DNA from: a virus
Reading direction: 5' to 3' (one strand)
UHGV virus genome: UHGV-0129547
Length of the DNA: 19,700 nt
Shown here: in pieces, positions 6,987-14,961 of the stretch
Position numbering within the stretch: the first letter of the stretch is position 1
Layout: each line of letters opens with the position of its first letter
Notes under the pieces: model-generated
What the model saw: the letters and a program-made list of their open reading frames with translations, nothing else
The model's database searches: none
What the model was told of the DNA's origin: nothing
Translations under genes and position numbers: made by a program

Positions 6987-7684
6987 ACACTTGCTCCTTT
7001 CAGTCCGAACTTAGCTTTGATTTCTGCGATCTTCGCCAAAGCCTGTGCACGATTTAGAGGTCTACCGCCCATGACAGGAAGTTGTTTTACTGGTTCAGGT
7101 ATAGCCTCACCACGGTTAATTAGCGCGTTCATACAGGACAGTTCATCGGCAGCCTTGCGCCGTAATTCCGCGTCAGTCAACGCATTGGCCCGCATATTCT
7201 GGTACAGGTTGGTAACCAACCAGTAGTGCGCGTTTGATTTCCATGGATAAGACTCTGCATCTGGATACAGGCCACGCTTCCGGCAATACTCGTAAACCAT
7301 ATCAACCAGCTCGCTGGTGTTTGGTAGTCCGGCAATAACGGATGCTTCTTCCCGGCACCAGGCTACAAACTGCCCGGGTGATGGCAGGAATGGTCGATTC
7401 TGCCGACGGGCTACGCGCATTCCTGCGTTAACCTGTTCCATTGTGGTGATCCCGTTTTCCCGGAAAGCCAGAACCCACTGGCGGCGGATTTCGTTCAGTT
7501 CGTTCTGGTCCCGGTTAGCCAGGCTCGCCGGGAAAGTTGCCAGTAACTGGCTGAACACACCATTGATGATCTGCGCTACCTGCTGTACCTGCGGCTTTTC
7601 GTCGTACTGTTCCGGCATGTTGTTGGCGATCCGGCGCATCTGCTCACGGTCAAAGTTAACCATCTGTGCGGCGATGTTTTTCAT
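6983..7684 (-). CDS. P: Replication protein P (DnaB helicase loader)
   Basis: 233-aa ORF MKNIAAQMVNFDREQMRRIANNMPEQYDEKPQVQQVAQIINGVFSQLLATF...AKFGLKGASV, essentially lambda P from memory. Confidence 0.95.
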   Translation of the reverse strand: MKNIAAQMVNFDREQMRRIANNMPEQYDEKPQVQQVAQIINGVFSQLLATFPASLANRDQNELNEIRRQWVLAFRENGITTMEQVNAGMRVARRQNRPFLPSPGQFVAWCREEASVIAGLPNTSELVDMVYEYCRKRGLYPDAESYPWKSNAHYWLVTNLYQNMRANALTDAELRRKAADELSCMNALINRGEAIPEPVKQLPVMGGRPLNRAQALAKIAEIKAKFGLKGASV

Positions 7685-8610
7685 AAATCCACCCCGTAAA
7701 TCCAGTCAGTGTTTGTCAGGTCGAGTTTTGGTTTTCCGGCTGTCACGCCAGCCTGTTGTTTGTTACGATTGATTTCGAGCTGGGTCCACTTGTCGCGAAG
7801 TTTAGCCGGGCTCAGCACGTTACCGGACCAGAAGTTGTCCTGGCATGCCCAGCGGAACAGCACGCACATGTCGCGGTGGTTACGTCCGTCACGTTCACGC
7901 ATCAGGCGGATATCGTTAGCCCACCCTGCAAAATTCGGTTTTCTGGCTGAGGGCGCGATGGTCTTCACCATGTCAAACATCCACTCTGCGGCGGTCAGGT
8001 CTTCTGCTGTCCCCCACTTGCTGCCGCTCTGAATTGCAGCATCCAGTTTCTCCAAAGGAAAGTCGTTTTCTGGCTGGTCAGAGGATTCGCCAGAATTCTC
8101 GGACGAAAAAGGTTTTATATTGTCTTTTGTTAGTTTGTCTTTTGTGTTTACCTGATTCGGGTAAACGCCTTTACCTGATTTGGGTAAACTTTTCTTACCT
8201 GATTCAGGTAAATTTACCTCTTTCAGGTAAACTTTATTTTTCTTACCTGATTCGGGTAATGTTGACCATTCACTGACCACATTATTAATGCCGATATTCC
8301 GCCCACTCTGAATAAAAATCCCACGCTTTACCAGAACGCTTTTTGCAGCAGAACACTTGTGCGGCAATATCCCGGTTAACTCGGAAAGTTGCTCGTTGCT
8401 CACCCAATCCAGTTTTTTATTAAAGCCATATGTTTTGCGCATGACAGCCAGGAAGACCAGAAGCTGGTGCTGTGTTAATCCGGCCAGCATTACAGCTTCC
8501 AGCAACTCATTTGCAATGCGCGTATAACCATCATCGAGATCTGCCACGCGCGGCTCCTTTTGTGCCACATCCGGCACTGGAAAATTGAATATCTCAGCAG
8601 TGTTTGCCAT
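7681..8610 (-). CDS. Replication initiator O-like protein
   Basis: From the ATG at 8610 (GGGAGG 4 nt upstream): MANTAEIFNFPVP...; the central region is encoded by the iteron repeats and the C-terminal domain (...WANDIRLMRERDGRNHRDMCVLFRWACQDNFW...) is lambda-O-like. Overlaps the P start. Confidence 0.85.
   Translation of the reverse strand: MANTAEIFNFPVPDVAQKEPRVADLDDGYTRIANELLEAVMLAGLTQHQLLVFLAVMRKTYGFNKKLDWVSNEQLSELTGILPHKCSAAKSVLVKRGIFIQSGRNIGINNVVSEWSTLPESGKKNKVYLKEVNLPESGKKSLPKSGKGVYPNQVNTKDKLTKDNIKPFSSENSGESSDQPENDFPLEKLDAAIQSGSKWGTAEDLTAAEWMFDMVKTIAPSARKPNFAGWANDIRLMRERDGRNHRDMCVLFRWACQDNFWSGNVLSPAKLRDKWTQLEINRNKQQAGVTAGKPKLDLTNTDWIYGVDL
8121..8261. repeat. Origin of replication: five ~19-bp iterons plus adjacent short direct repeats inside the O gene
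   Basis: Iterons TTACCTGATTCGGGTAAAC (8148-8166), TTACCTGATTTGGGTAAAC (8171-8189), TTACCTGATTCAGGTAAAT (8196-8214), TTACCTCTTTCAGGTAAAC (8215-8233), TTACCTGATTCGGGTAATG (8243-8261), each with internal dyad symmetry (TTACC...GGTAA). They are flanked by TGTCTTTTGT repeated at 8121-8130 and 8136-8145. This parallels the lambda ori arrangement (iterons then AT-rich segment within O). Confidence 0.8.
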
Positions 8611-8696
8611 AATTCCTCCCGCAATGAGTGTGTTACGATTTGCACCTGAAAGTCGGTTCTGTTCGCGCAGACCGGCTTTCGCCATTTCTGAACCTG

Positions 8697-9236
8697 TCAT
8701 ATTGCCCCCAGCATGGTGGTGACCATCGCCATCAGTGGACCAGCCAAATCCGGGTCCACACGAAACATCGACACAATGCCTTCACTCATCTCCTTCAGTT
8801 TCTGGTGGCGTGGTGCGTTGAGAATGACAGCCTGTTTTGCCTCACTGAGTTCCTTTTCCATTTCAGCCAGCCGAGCCATGAAGCTATCCTGCTCAACCAG
8901 GTGGCCGCGATATTTCAGCGGTAGTACTGCCAGAATTGCTGGAGTCAGTTCACGCACGTTATTTCGGTATTTTTCAGAATCGAATTTGTTATCGAGAAAG
9001 CGGAACAGCTTCTGGCGTGCACGACTGACATCATCAGAAAAATCGATAGTGCCGCCGCCCTGTGCTCGATACTCATTCACAATGAGTGCGGCAACGACAT
9101 CCTGATTATCTACAGCCGACCAGGCGCGGATGGCATCACGGATTTTTTCGTGGCCTGGCACCTGTTTTATTTGAGAACGATTTATCACCGCAGTCGGGAT
9201 AAATCCGCTAGTCTGTTGGTATGTAAGTGGTTGCAT
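8697..9236 (-). CDS. YdaT-like protein (Rac-type, cII position)
   Basis: Contains ...RAQGGGTIDF... and ...LTPAILAVLPLKYRGHL..., resembling Rac prophage YdaT (QGGG and IPAILAILP motifs) from memory; located downstream of the Cro-like ydaS-type gene. Start at 9236 or 9242. Confidence 0.65.
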   Translation of the reverse strand: MQPLTYQQTSGFIPTAVINRSQIKQVPGHEKIRDAIRAWSAVDNQDVVAALIVNEYRAQGGGTIDFSDDVSRARQKLFRFLDNKFDSEKYRNNVRELTPAILAVLPLKYRGHLVEQDSFMARLAEMEKELSEAKQAVILNAPRHQKLKEMSEGIVSMFRVDPDLAGPLMAMVTTMLGAI

Positions 9237-9266
9237 AGTCATTGCCTTATCAGTTAACGCCGCAGT

Positions 9267-9494
9267 TTAGGCGGCAGAATTACTCGCGTTAAACAATGGT
9301 GCGAGGTCGGGACGAATATCTGCTGGTTTAATCTTTCCACCAGTGGCTGAGACAATTTTCATTACATAGCGGGCATCAATTCCGCCACCGTGTAGCCAAC
9401 GCCAAACAGTGGGTTGGGCTACACCGCATAGATCTGCCAGTCGTTTTTGACTACCTGTAATACTGATTGCGAGTTGAATGGTTTGATTTGTCAT
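9267..9494 (-). CDS. Cro/YdaS-like HTH protein (75 aa)
   Basis: From the ATG at 9494 (AGGAA 7 nt upstream): MTNQTIQLAISITGSQKRLADLCGVAQPTVWRWLHGG..., an HTH (Q-x-T-V-x-x-W) of the YdaS/Cro-like family; divergent from the CI-type repressor. Confidence 0.75.
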   Translation of the reverse strand: MTNQTIQLAISITGSQKRLADLCGVAQPTVWRWLHGGGIDARYVMKIVSATGGKIKPADIRPDLAPLFNASNSAA

Positions 9495-9525
9495 TATCAA
9501 TTCCTATTGGTATTGCAATGAATGA

Positions 9526-9554
9526 ATAATAGCAATGCGTATTAATCCAAGCAA
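9526..9554 (-). promoter_or_regulatory. Putative PR-like sigma70 promoter (minus strand) with overlapping operator words
   Basis: Minus strand reads TTGCTT (9554-9549), 17-nt spacer, TATTAT (9531-9526), about 30 nt upstream of the ydaS-like ATG. The word AATAGCAAT / CAATAGCAA recurs at 9528-9536 and 9552-9560, and the palindrome ATTGCAAT lies at 9512-9519. Confidence 0.4.
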
Positions 9555-9568
9555 TAGCAAAACGTGTT

Positions 9569-9595
9569 TTGACCATCAATACGCAAGCGTATAAA
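9569..9595 (+). promoter_or_regulatory. Putative PRM-like promoter for the repressor gene (near-leaderless mRNA)
   Basis: TTGACC (9569-9574), 15-nt spacer, TATAAA (9590-9595), ending about 10 nt upstream of the repressor ATG at 9605. The spacer contains the inverted repeat ATACGC-AA-GCGTAT (9580-9593). Confidence 0.35.
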
Positions 9596-9604
9596 TTAAA
9601 ACTT

Positions 9605-10297
9605 ATGAAAAAAGAAACTCTTGCTGATCGCTTAAACCTAGCGATGGAACAATCTGGAATGTCTCAAGGCGCTCTTGCAAAGGCGTCTGGCGTAGCTCAA
9701 CCCACAATCTGGAGACTGACAAGCGGCAACGCGCGCGGCTCAACAAAAATTGTTGAAATAGCTAATGCATTGGGTGTTCGAACAGAATGGCTCTCATCAG
9801 GCATAGGCCCGATGAGAAATGACGGTCAACAATCAGGGAAGCCTGCTGTCAGCCATTCCAAATACTTCAAAATTGACGTTCTTGATATAGAAGTCAGTGC
9901 CGGGCCGGGTGTAATCAACCGTGAGTTTGTAGAAGTTCTACGCTCGGTTGAGTACTCGTTTGACGATGCTCGTCACATGTTCGATGGCAGGAAGGCGGAA
10001 AATATCCGCATCATTAACGTGCGTGGTGACAGCATGTCAGGAACGATCGAACCAGGTGATCTGCTGTTCGTTGATATCACGGTTAAATCTTTCGACGGTG
10101 ATGGTATCTATGCGTTTCTGTACGACGACACAGCCCATGTAAAGCGTCTGCAAATGATGAAGGATAAGCTGCTGGTTATCTCTGATAACAAGAGCTACTC
10201 ACCGTGGGACCCGATCGAGAAAGACGAGATGAACCGGGTGTTCATCTTCGGTAAGGTTATTGGGAGCATGCCGCAGACGTATAGGAAGCATGGGTAG
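9605..10297 (+). CDS. CI-type phage repressor (N-terminal HTH, C-terminal S24/LexA-like peptidase domain)
   Basis: From the ATG at 9605: MKKETLADRLNLAMEQSGMSQGALAKASGVAQPTIWRL... (HTH) followed by ...NVRGDSMSGTIEPGDLLFVD...AHVKRLQ... (S24 Ser/Lys autocleavage module). The ORF-track start at 9569 is a TTG inside the putative -35. Confidence 0.85.
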   Translation: MKKETLADRLNLAMEQSGMSQGALAKASGVAQPTIWRLTSGNARGSTKIVEIANALGVRTEWLSSGIGPMRNDGQQSGKPAVSHSKYFKIDVLDIEVSAGPGVINREFVEVLRSVEYSFDDARHMFDGRKAENIRIINVRGDSMSGTIEPGDLLFVDITVKSFDGDGIYAFLYDDTAHVKRLQMMKDKLLVISDNKSYSPWDPIEKDEMNRVFIFGKVIGSMPQTYRKHG

Positions 10298-10343
10298 CGG
10301 ATTAGCTAATCATTATGATGTTGTTCAAATTTAAGAGGTCCGC

Positions 10344-11192
10344 ATGTCTTCGATTTGGGGAAAAAAGTTGATGACGAAAGAACAAGAGTCAAACACTGAT
10401 GAAGTGAAACCAGAGCAAGGAAGTTTGTTTGAATTAGAATTTCATGAATATACACCTTCAAGCTTAGGCACAGCACACCTTTCTGGTTTCGCTATTGCCA
10501 CTGATGAAATGGAATATGCAGTTAAAAGCATGCGCTCCACCCCACCTTTTCCTGTACAAAACCCAACTCAAGTACCGGCAGCGGAATGGTTTTGCACAAA
10601 TTTAGCTGAAAAATGCGGCATCGCTACACCTGTGTGCAAAATTCTCAAGTGTATTGCTAATGGGGAGTATGTTTTTGGCTCTCGCATAGAGTTTTCAGCC
10701 TGGAAATCTGGTCTCAATAGTCCTCAATGGATAAATTTGCTCTCAAATGCTTCTGAATCCTTAAAGAAGCAACTCTGGGCAATTTATGCATTTGATCAGT
10801 TTGTATATAACATTGACAGACACCTCAACAACTACTTATACATGGAAAACACCCGAGGCAATGTTATAGTTAAAACATTCGATTTTAGTCTAAGCTCTTT
10901 TGTTATAGGCTGGCCACGAAATACCCCTCATATACTACCAACAGACTCCAGTACAACAACAAACTGGACGATTGCTAAACAATTCATTGGCGACACTGAT
11001 GATCTGAGAAAGTGCGCATTATCTGTCCTTGACAAAATTGAAAAAATTGGAGTTGAGGCTATATCTGATATACTTAACTCTATGCCTGAAGCATGGATGC
11101 CACCAATGCATAAGGAGTATTTTTTGAAGTGGTGGGACAGCGAGGAGCGAATCGATAGGCTAAATGCCATAAGACTGGAGATAACATCTTGA
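10344..11192 (+). CDS. Kinase-fold protein with HipA/PI3K-like catalytic loop (282 aa); candidate effector of a lysogen-expressed two-gene system
   Basis: ATG at 10344 with AGAGG 6 nt upstream, 46 nt after the repressor stop. Residues 158-163 DRHLNN (10815-10832) match the DxHxxN / DRHxxN catalytic loop of HipA-like and PI3/4-kinase-like folds; FDFS at residues 179-182 resembles the Mg-binding DFG-like/YDLVS motif that follows it in HipA. AT-rich coding sequence. Much shorter than canonical HipA. Confidence 0.6.
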   Translation: MSSIWGKKLMTKEQESNTDEVKPEQGSLFELEFHEYTPSSLGTAHLSGFAIATDEMEYAVKSMRSTPPFPVQNPTQVPAAEWFCTNLAEKCGIATPVCKILKCIANGEYVFGSRIEFSAWKSGLNSPQWINLLSNASESLKKQLWAIYAFDQFVYNIDRHLNNYLYMENTRGNVIVKTFDFSLSSFVIGWPRNTPHILPTDSSTTTNWTIAKQFIGDTDDLRKCALSVLDKIEKIGVEAISDILNSMPEAWMPPMHKEYFLKWWDSEERIDRLNAIRLEITS

Positions 11193-11995
11193 AAACTTTC
11201 AAATACAGCTTAATCAGAGTTACACCGAACTTAGAGAAAGGTGAAACGATTAACGTTGGTTTGATCGTTTACCATGACTCTGACATAGACGTACGTATGC
11301 TCAATTCAGTTTCAAAACTTAAAGCGATTGACAAAGATCTTACCTTAGATTACTTAGAGGATCTTTCGACCTCGCTTTTTGATTTGTCACAAAAAATCAA
11401 CAATGCTGAACTTCTTCCTTGTCTTTTTAAGGGAGCATTATCGTTATCGTCATTTGGCATGTTCACTCTTCAAGCCAACGAAGATTACGAAGCTAAAGTT
11501 ACTGATCTAATGAATCGGTTAGTAAACCCACAAAAACAGCCACATAAACACTTGAAAAAAAAGGTTTTTTCTGAATTAAAATCCACCTTTATACAACATG
11601 GAATTTTCAGTAAGTATTTTGAAGATCTTTCCCAACATAAAATCGTAGCTAATTATCCAATTAGTAATGAAGAAGGGTTAGTTGCAGATTTTTTGTTAAA
11701 AAATGGCAAATACCATCTTACAGAAACATTAGATTTTCGTTCTGAAAATATAAAAAAACAAATGGGTGAAGCTGCGATAAGTGTTTTAACAATTACTAAA
11801 GCCTACGAATTATACAATTCAAATATTGATTCATTTGTAATTTTTGCCGCTGAAACGACAGCACAAGAAAAGTCAGCAAAACAGCAGCTAAATCTACTGG
11901 AAAAACACGCTGATAATCTTATCAACGCATATAGCAAAGAAGACATGCGTTCATATTACGAAAAGATGCTGAATGCTGCCTCTATGTTACAGTAG
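11189..11995 (+). CDS. DUF3037-like protein (268 aa), partner of the kinase-fold gene
   Basis: TTG start at 11189 overlapping the upstream TGA (T-TGA coupling), GGAG 10 nt upstream. N-terminus ...YSLIRVTPNLEKGETINVGLIVY... matches my recollection of the DUF3037 N-terminal signature (R-x-V-P-x-x-x-x-G-E-x-I-N-V-G). AT-rich. Followed by a terminator. Confidence 0.6.
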   Translation: MKTFKYSLIRVTPNLEKGETINVGLIVYHDSDIDVRMLNSVSKLKAIDKDLTLDYLEDLSTSLFDLSQKINNAELLPCLFKGALSLSSFGMFTLQANEDYEAKVTDLMNRLVNPQKQPHKHLKKKVFSELKSTFIQHGIFSKYFEDLSQHKIVANYPISNEEGLVADFLLKNGKYHLTETLDFRSENIKKQMGEAAISVLTITKAYELYNSNIDSFVIFAAETTAQEKSAKQQLNLLEKHADNLINAYSKEDMRSYYEKMLNAASMLQ

Positions 11996-12021
11996 AAAAA
12001 ACTGACTAATTTAATTAATAA

Positions 12022-12048
12022 CCCGGCCACCGTGCCGGGTTTTCTTTT
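12022..12048 (+). terminator. Rho-independent terminator ending the repressor-cargo operon
   Basis: Stem CCCGGC(12022-12027)/GCCGGG(12034-12039), 6-nt loop, followed by TTTTCTTTT (12040-12048). Confidence 0.6.
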
Positions 12049-12189
12049 GTCCCCTCCCCTCATCACACACCGCTCAAAAAACCACCACATCCCTGCTTCA
12101 GTTATCGCTATGCGATGCAAGTCACAAAATTAATTCTTTTTGCTATCAAACATTTAATATCAAAACACATCAGTCAATAGCAATAAGTA

Positions 12190-12218
12190 TTGATATCACC
12201 AATAGCAATAGCTATTAT
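12190..12218 (+). promoter_or_regulatory. Putative PL-like sigma70 promoter with embedded palindromic operator
   Basis: TTGATA (12190-12195), 17-nt spacer, TATTAT (12213-12218). The spacer and -10 contain the palindrome AATAGC-AATA-GCTATT (12201-12216). The 11-mer CAATAGCAATA occurs at 12175-12185 and 12200-12210, the same word family as in the OR-like region. Confidence 0.45.
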
Positions 12219-12495
12219 CACCATATCGCAACAACACAACGATACGGCAACCACCTGATTCACCGTTGCGATGACCGCTTAGATCCGCAGTTTGAATTTC
12301 AGCAGGCTTCGGGGAGTGCGAGGGGTGAAACGGACGCGTGAACGTCGGTGTGACCAGCTGAAATTAACTCAACATTTCATACCTCAGTCGCTTCAACGAG
12401 GCGGCTTAGTTATGACAACCGGCGGCCATCCACCGCCTGAATACGCGCAGAAGTCTCTATATGTTCAGCAGCCCAGCTTACGGGCAGGAGTTTTT

Positions 12496-12702
12496 ATGGT
12501 TCATCAACATTACGGAACACAGACCGTTAATCGCGGCGCGGTCATGCCAGGAATGCTGGTCAAACACAAAGATGGTACCTGGAGTGCATCAGCTAATTTA
12601 CGCGGGCGGCTTTATCTGCATCGCGGCATCGAGCGCACTTATACCCGTGATTTGCTCGTAGAAGTTTTTCTCGACGGACGCGGTAACGGCCTGAATCACT
12701 AA
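12496..12702 (+). CDS. Kil-like small protein (68 aa), putative host cell-division inhibitor
   Basis: ATG at 12496 preceded by GGCAGGAG with a 5-nt spacer; protein MVHQHYGTQTVNRGAVMPGMLVKHKDGTWSASANLRGRLYLHRGIERTYTRDLLVEVFLDGRGNGLNH. First gene of the PL-like transcript, upstream of gam as kil is in lambda; family assignment from memory is uncertain. Alternative start ATG at 12412. Confidence 0.5.
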   Translation: MVHQHYGTQTVNRGAVMPGMLVKHKDGTWSASANLRGRLYLHRGIERTYTRDLLVEVFLDGRGNGLNH

Positions 12703-12777
12703 CCCCCCTTTCCTGTTTTCCTAATCAGCCCGGCATTTCGCGGGCGATATTTTCACAGCTATTTCAGGAGTTCAGCC

Positions 12778-13074
12778 ATGAACGCTTATTACATTCAGGA
12801 TCGTCTTGAGGCTCAGAGCTGGGCGCGTCACTACCAGCAGATCGCCCGTGAAGAGAAAGAGGCAGAACTGGCAGACGATATGGAAAAAGGCCTGCCCCAG
12901 CACCTGTTTGAATCGCTATGCATCGATCATTTGCAACGCCACGGGGCCAGCAAAAAAGCCATTACCCGTGCGTTTGATGACGATGTTGAGTTTCAGGAGC
13001 GCATGGCAGAACACATCCGGTACATGGTTGAAACCATTGCTCACCATCAGGTTGATATTGATTCAGAGGTATAA
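12778..13074 (+). CDS. gam: Gam (RecBCD inhibitor), short form
   Basis: 98-aa [63 protein letters not shown]..., near-identical to lambda GamS from memory; AGGAG-type SD upstream. Confidence 0.9.
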   Translation: MNAYYIQDRLEAQSWARHYQQIAREEKEAELADDMEKGLPQHLFESLCIDHLQRHGASKKAITRAFDDDVEFQERMAEHIRYMVETIAHHQVDIDSEV

Positions 13075-13079
13075 AACGG

Positions 13080-13865
13080 ATGAGTACAGCACTCGCAACG
13101 CTGGCTGGGAAGCTGGCTGAACGTGTCGGCATGGATTCTGTCGACCCACAGGAACTGATCACCACTCTTCGCCAGACGGCATTTAAAGGCGATGCCAGCG
13201 ATGCGCAGTTCATCGCATTGTTGATCGTCGCCAACCAGTACGGCCTTAATCCGTGGACGAAAGAAATTTACGCCTTCCCTGACAAGCAGAACGGCATCGT
13301 TCCGGTGGTTGGCGTTGATGGCTGGTCCCGCATTATCAATGAAAACCAGCAGTTTGATGGCATGGACTTTGAGCAGGACAATGAGTCCTGTACATGCCGG
13401 ATTTACCGCAAAGATCGCAATCACCCGATCTGCGTTACCGAGTGGATGGATGAATGTCGCCGCGCACCATTCAAAACCCGCGAAGGCAGAGAAATCACCG
13501 GACCGTGGCAGTCGCATCCCAAACGGATGTTACGGCATAAAGCCATGATTCAGTGTGCCCGTCTCGCCTTCGGATTTGCTGGTATCTATGACAAGGATGA
13601 AGCCGAGCGCATTGTCGAAAATACCGCATACACTGCAGAACGTCAGCCGGAACGCGACATCACTCCGGTTAACGATGAAACCATGCAGGAGATTAACACT
13701 CTGCTGATCGCCCTGGATAAAACATGGGATGACGACTTATTGCCGCTCTGTTCCCAGATATTTCGCCGCGACATTCGAGCATCGTCAGAACTGACACAGG
13801 CCGAAGCAGTGAAAGCTCTTGGATTCCTGAAACAGAAAGCCACTGAGCAGAAGGTGGCAGCATGA
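13080..13865 (+). CDS. bet: Bet (Red-beta single-strand annealing protein)
   Basis: 261-aa [69 protein letters not shown]..., essentially lambda Bet from memory. Confidence 0.95.
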   Translation: MSTALATLAGKLAERVGMDSVDPQELITTLRQTAFKGDASDAQFIALLIVANQYGLNPWTKEIYAFPDKQNGIVPVVGVDGWSRIINENQQFDGMDFEQDNESCTCRIYRKDRNHPICVTEWMDECRRAPFKTREGREITGPWQSHPKRMLRHKAMIQCARLAFGFAGIYDKDEAERIVENTAYTAERQPERDITPVNDETMQEINTLLIALDKTWDDDLLPLCSQIFRRDIRASSELTQAEAVKALGFLKQKATEQKVAA

Positions 13866-14542
13866 CACCGGACATTATCCTGCAGCGTACCGGGATCGAC
13901 GTGAGAGCTGTCGAACAGGGGGATGATGCATGGCACAAATTACGGCTCGGCGTCATCACCGCTTCAGAAGTTCACAACGTGATAGCAAAACCCCGCTCAG
14001 GAAAGAAATGGCCTGACATGAAAATGTCCTACTTCCACACCCTGCTGGCTGAGGTTTGCACCGGTGTGGCTCCGGAAGTTAACGCTAAAGCGCTGGCCTG
14101 GGGAAAACAGTACGAGAACGACGCCAGAGCCCTCTTTGAGTTCACTTCCGGCGTGAATGTTACTGAATCCCCGATCATCTATCGCGACGAAAGTATGCGC
14201 ACCGCCTGCTCTCCCGATGGTTTATGCAGTGACGGCAACGGCCTTGAACTGAAATGCCCGTTTACCTCCCGGGATTTCATGAAATTCCGGCTCGGTGGTT
14301 TCGAGGCAATAAAATCGGCTTACATGGCCCAGGTGCAGTACAGCATGTGGGTGACGCGAAAAGATGCCTGGTACTTTGCCAACTATGACCCGCGCATGAA
14401 GCGTGAAGGCCTGCATTATGTCGTGATTGAGCGGAATGAAAAGTACATGGCGAGTTTTGACGAGATGGTGCCGGAGTTCATCGAAAAAATGGACGAGGCA
14501 CTGGCTGAAATTGGTTTTGTATTTGGGGAGCAATGGCGATGA
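13862..14542 (+). CDS. exo: Exo (lambda exonuclease, Red-alpha)
   Basis: 226-aa [68 protein letters not shown]...GFVFGEQWR, essentially lambda Exo from memory; ATGA overlap with bet. Confidence 0.95.
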   Translation: MTPDIILQRTGIDVRAVEQGDDAWHKLRLGVITASEVHNVIAKPRSGKKWPDMKMSYFHTLLAEVCTGVAPEVNAKALAWGKQYENDARALFEFTSGVNVTESPIIYRDESMRTACSPDGLCSDGNGLELKCPFTSRDFMKFRLGGFEAIKSAYMAQVQYSMWVTRKDAWYFANYDPRMKREGLHYVVIERNEKYMASFDEMVPEFIEKMDEALAEIGFVFGEQWR

Positions 14543-14721
14543 AGCATCCTCACGATAATATCCGGGTAGGCGCGATCACTTTCGTCTACTCCGTTACAAA
14601 GCGAGGCTGGGTATTTCCCGGCCTTTCTGTTATCCGAAATCCCCTGAAAGCACAGCGGCTGGCTGAGGAGATAAATAATAAACGGGGAGCTGTATGCACA
14701 AAGCATCTCCCGTTGAGTTAA
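14533..14721 (+). CDS. Small hypothetical protein (lambda orf60a-like)
   Basis: 62-aa ORF overlapping the exo stop, in the conserved position after exo; identity to lambda orf60a recalled with moderate certainty. Confidence 0.55.
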   Translation: MAMKHPHDNIRVGAITFVYSVTKRGWVFPGLSVIRNPLKAQRLAEEINNKRGAVCTKHLPLS

Positions 14722-14885
14722 GAACGAGTATCGAGATGGCACATAGCCTCGCTCAAATTGGAGTCAGGTTTGTGCCAATACCAGTAGAAACAGACGAAGA
14801 ATTTCATACGTTAGCCGCATCCCTTTCACAAAAGCTGGAAATGATGGTGGCGAAAGCAGAAGCAGATGAGAGAGACCAGGTATGA
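14694..14885 (+). CDS. Small hypothetical protein (lambda orf63-like)
   Basis: 63-aa [66 protein letters not shown] in the ea region; positional and recalled similarity to lambda orf63. Confidence 0.55.
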   Translation: MHKASPVELRTSIEMAHSLAQIGVRFVPIPVETDEEFHTLAASLSQKLEMMVAKAEADERDQV

Positions 14886-14961
14886 CAACCACTGAATGCA
14901 TTTTTCTGGCAGCGGGCTTCATATTCTGTGTGCTTATGCTTGCCGACATGGGACTTGTTCA

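Noticed and set aside
8121-8261. Regularly spaced ~19-bp repeats that could be mistaken for a short CRISPR array
   Set aside because: They lie inside the O-like replication gene, each repeat is internally palindromic (TTACC...GGTAA), the spacers are only about 4-10 bp, and an AT-rich segment adjoins them: the classic lambdoid ori iteron arrangement, not CRISPR.
7317-9105. Plus-strand ORFs antisense to P, O and ydaT-like (7317-7772, 7709-8032, 7756-7950, 8034-8276, 8628-8924, 8713-9105)
   Set aside because: All overlap strongly supported minus-strand genes (lambda P and O homologues, YdaT-like) and show Arg/Ser/Cys-rich shadow composition.
12292-12495. N-terminal extension of the kil-like ORF starting at TTG 12292 (or ATG 12412)
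   Set aside because: The TTG has no SD and lies in the leader just downstream of the predicted PL-like promoter; the ATG at 12496 has a strong AGGAG SD. The 12412 start remains a possible alternative.
13080-13865. Single-strand annealing protein initially considered as Rac-type RecT
   Set aside because: The sequence ([26 protein letters not shown]...) matches lambda Bet (Red-beta) rather than RecT, and it is flanked by gam and exo.
12806-14949. Overlapping or antisense ORFs within gam, bet, exo and the ea region (for example 12806-13120, 12962-13234, 13047-13517, 13309-13548, 13643-13959, 14222-14742, 14764-14949)
   Set aside because: They overlap near-identical lambda Gam, Bet and Exo coding sequences in other frames or strands; no independent support.
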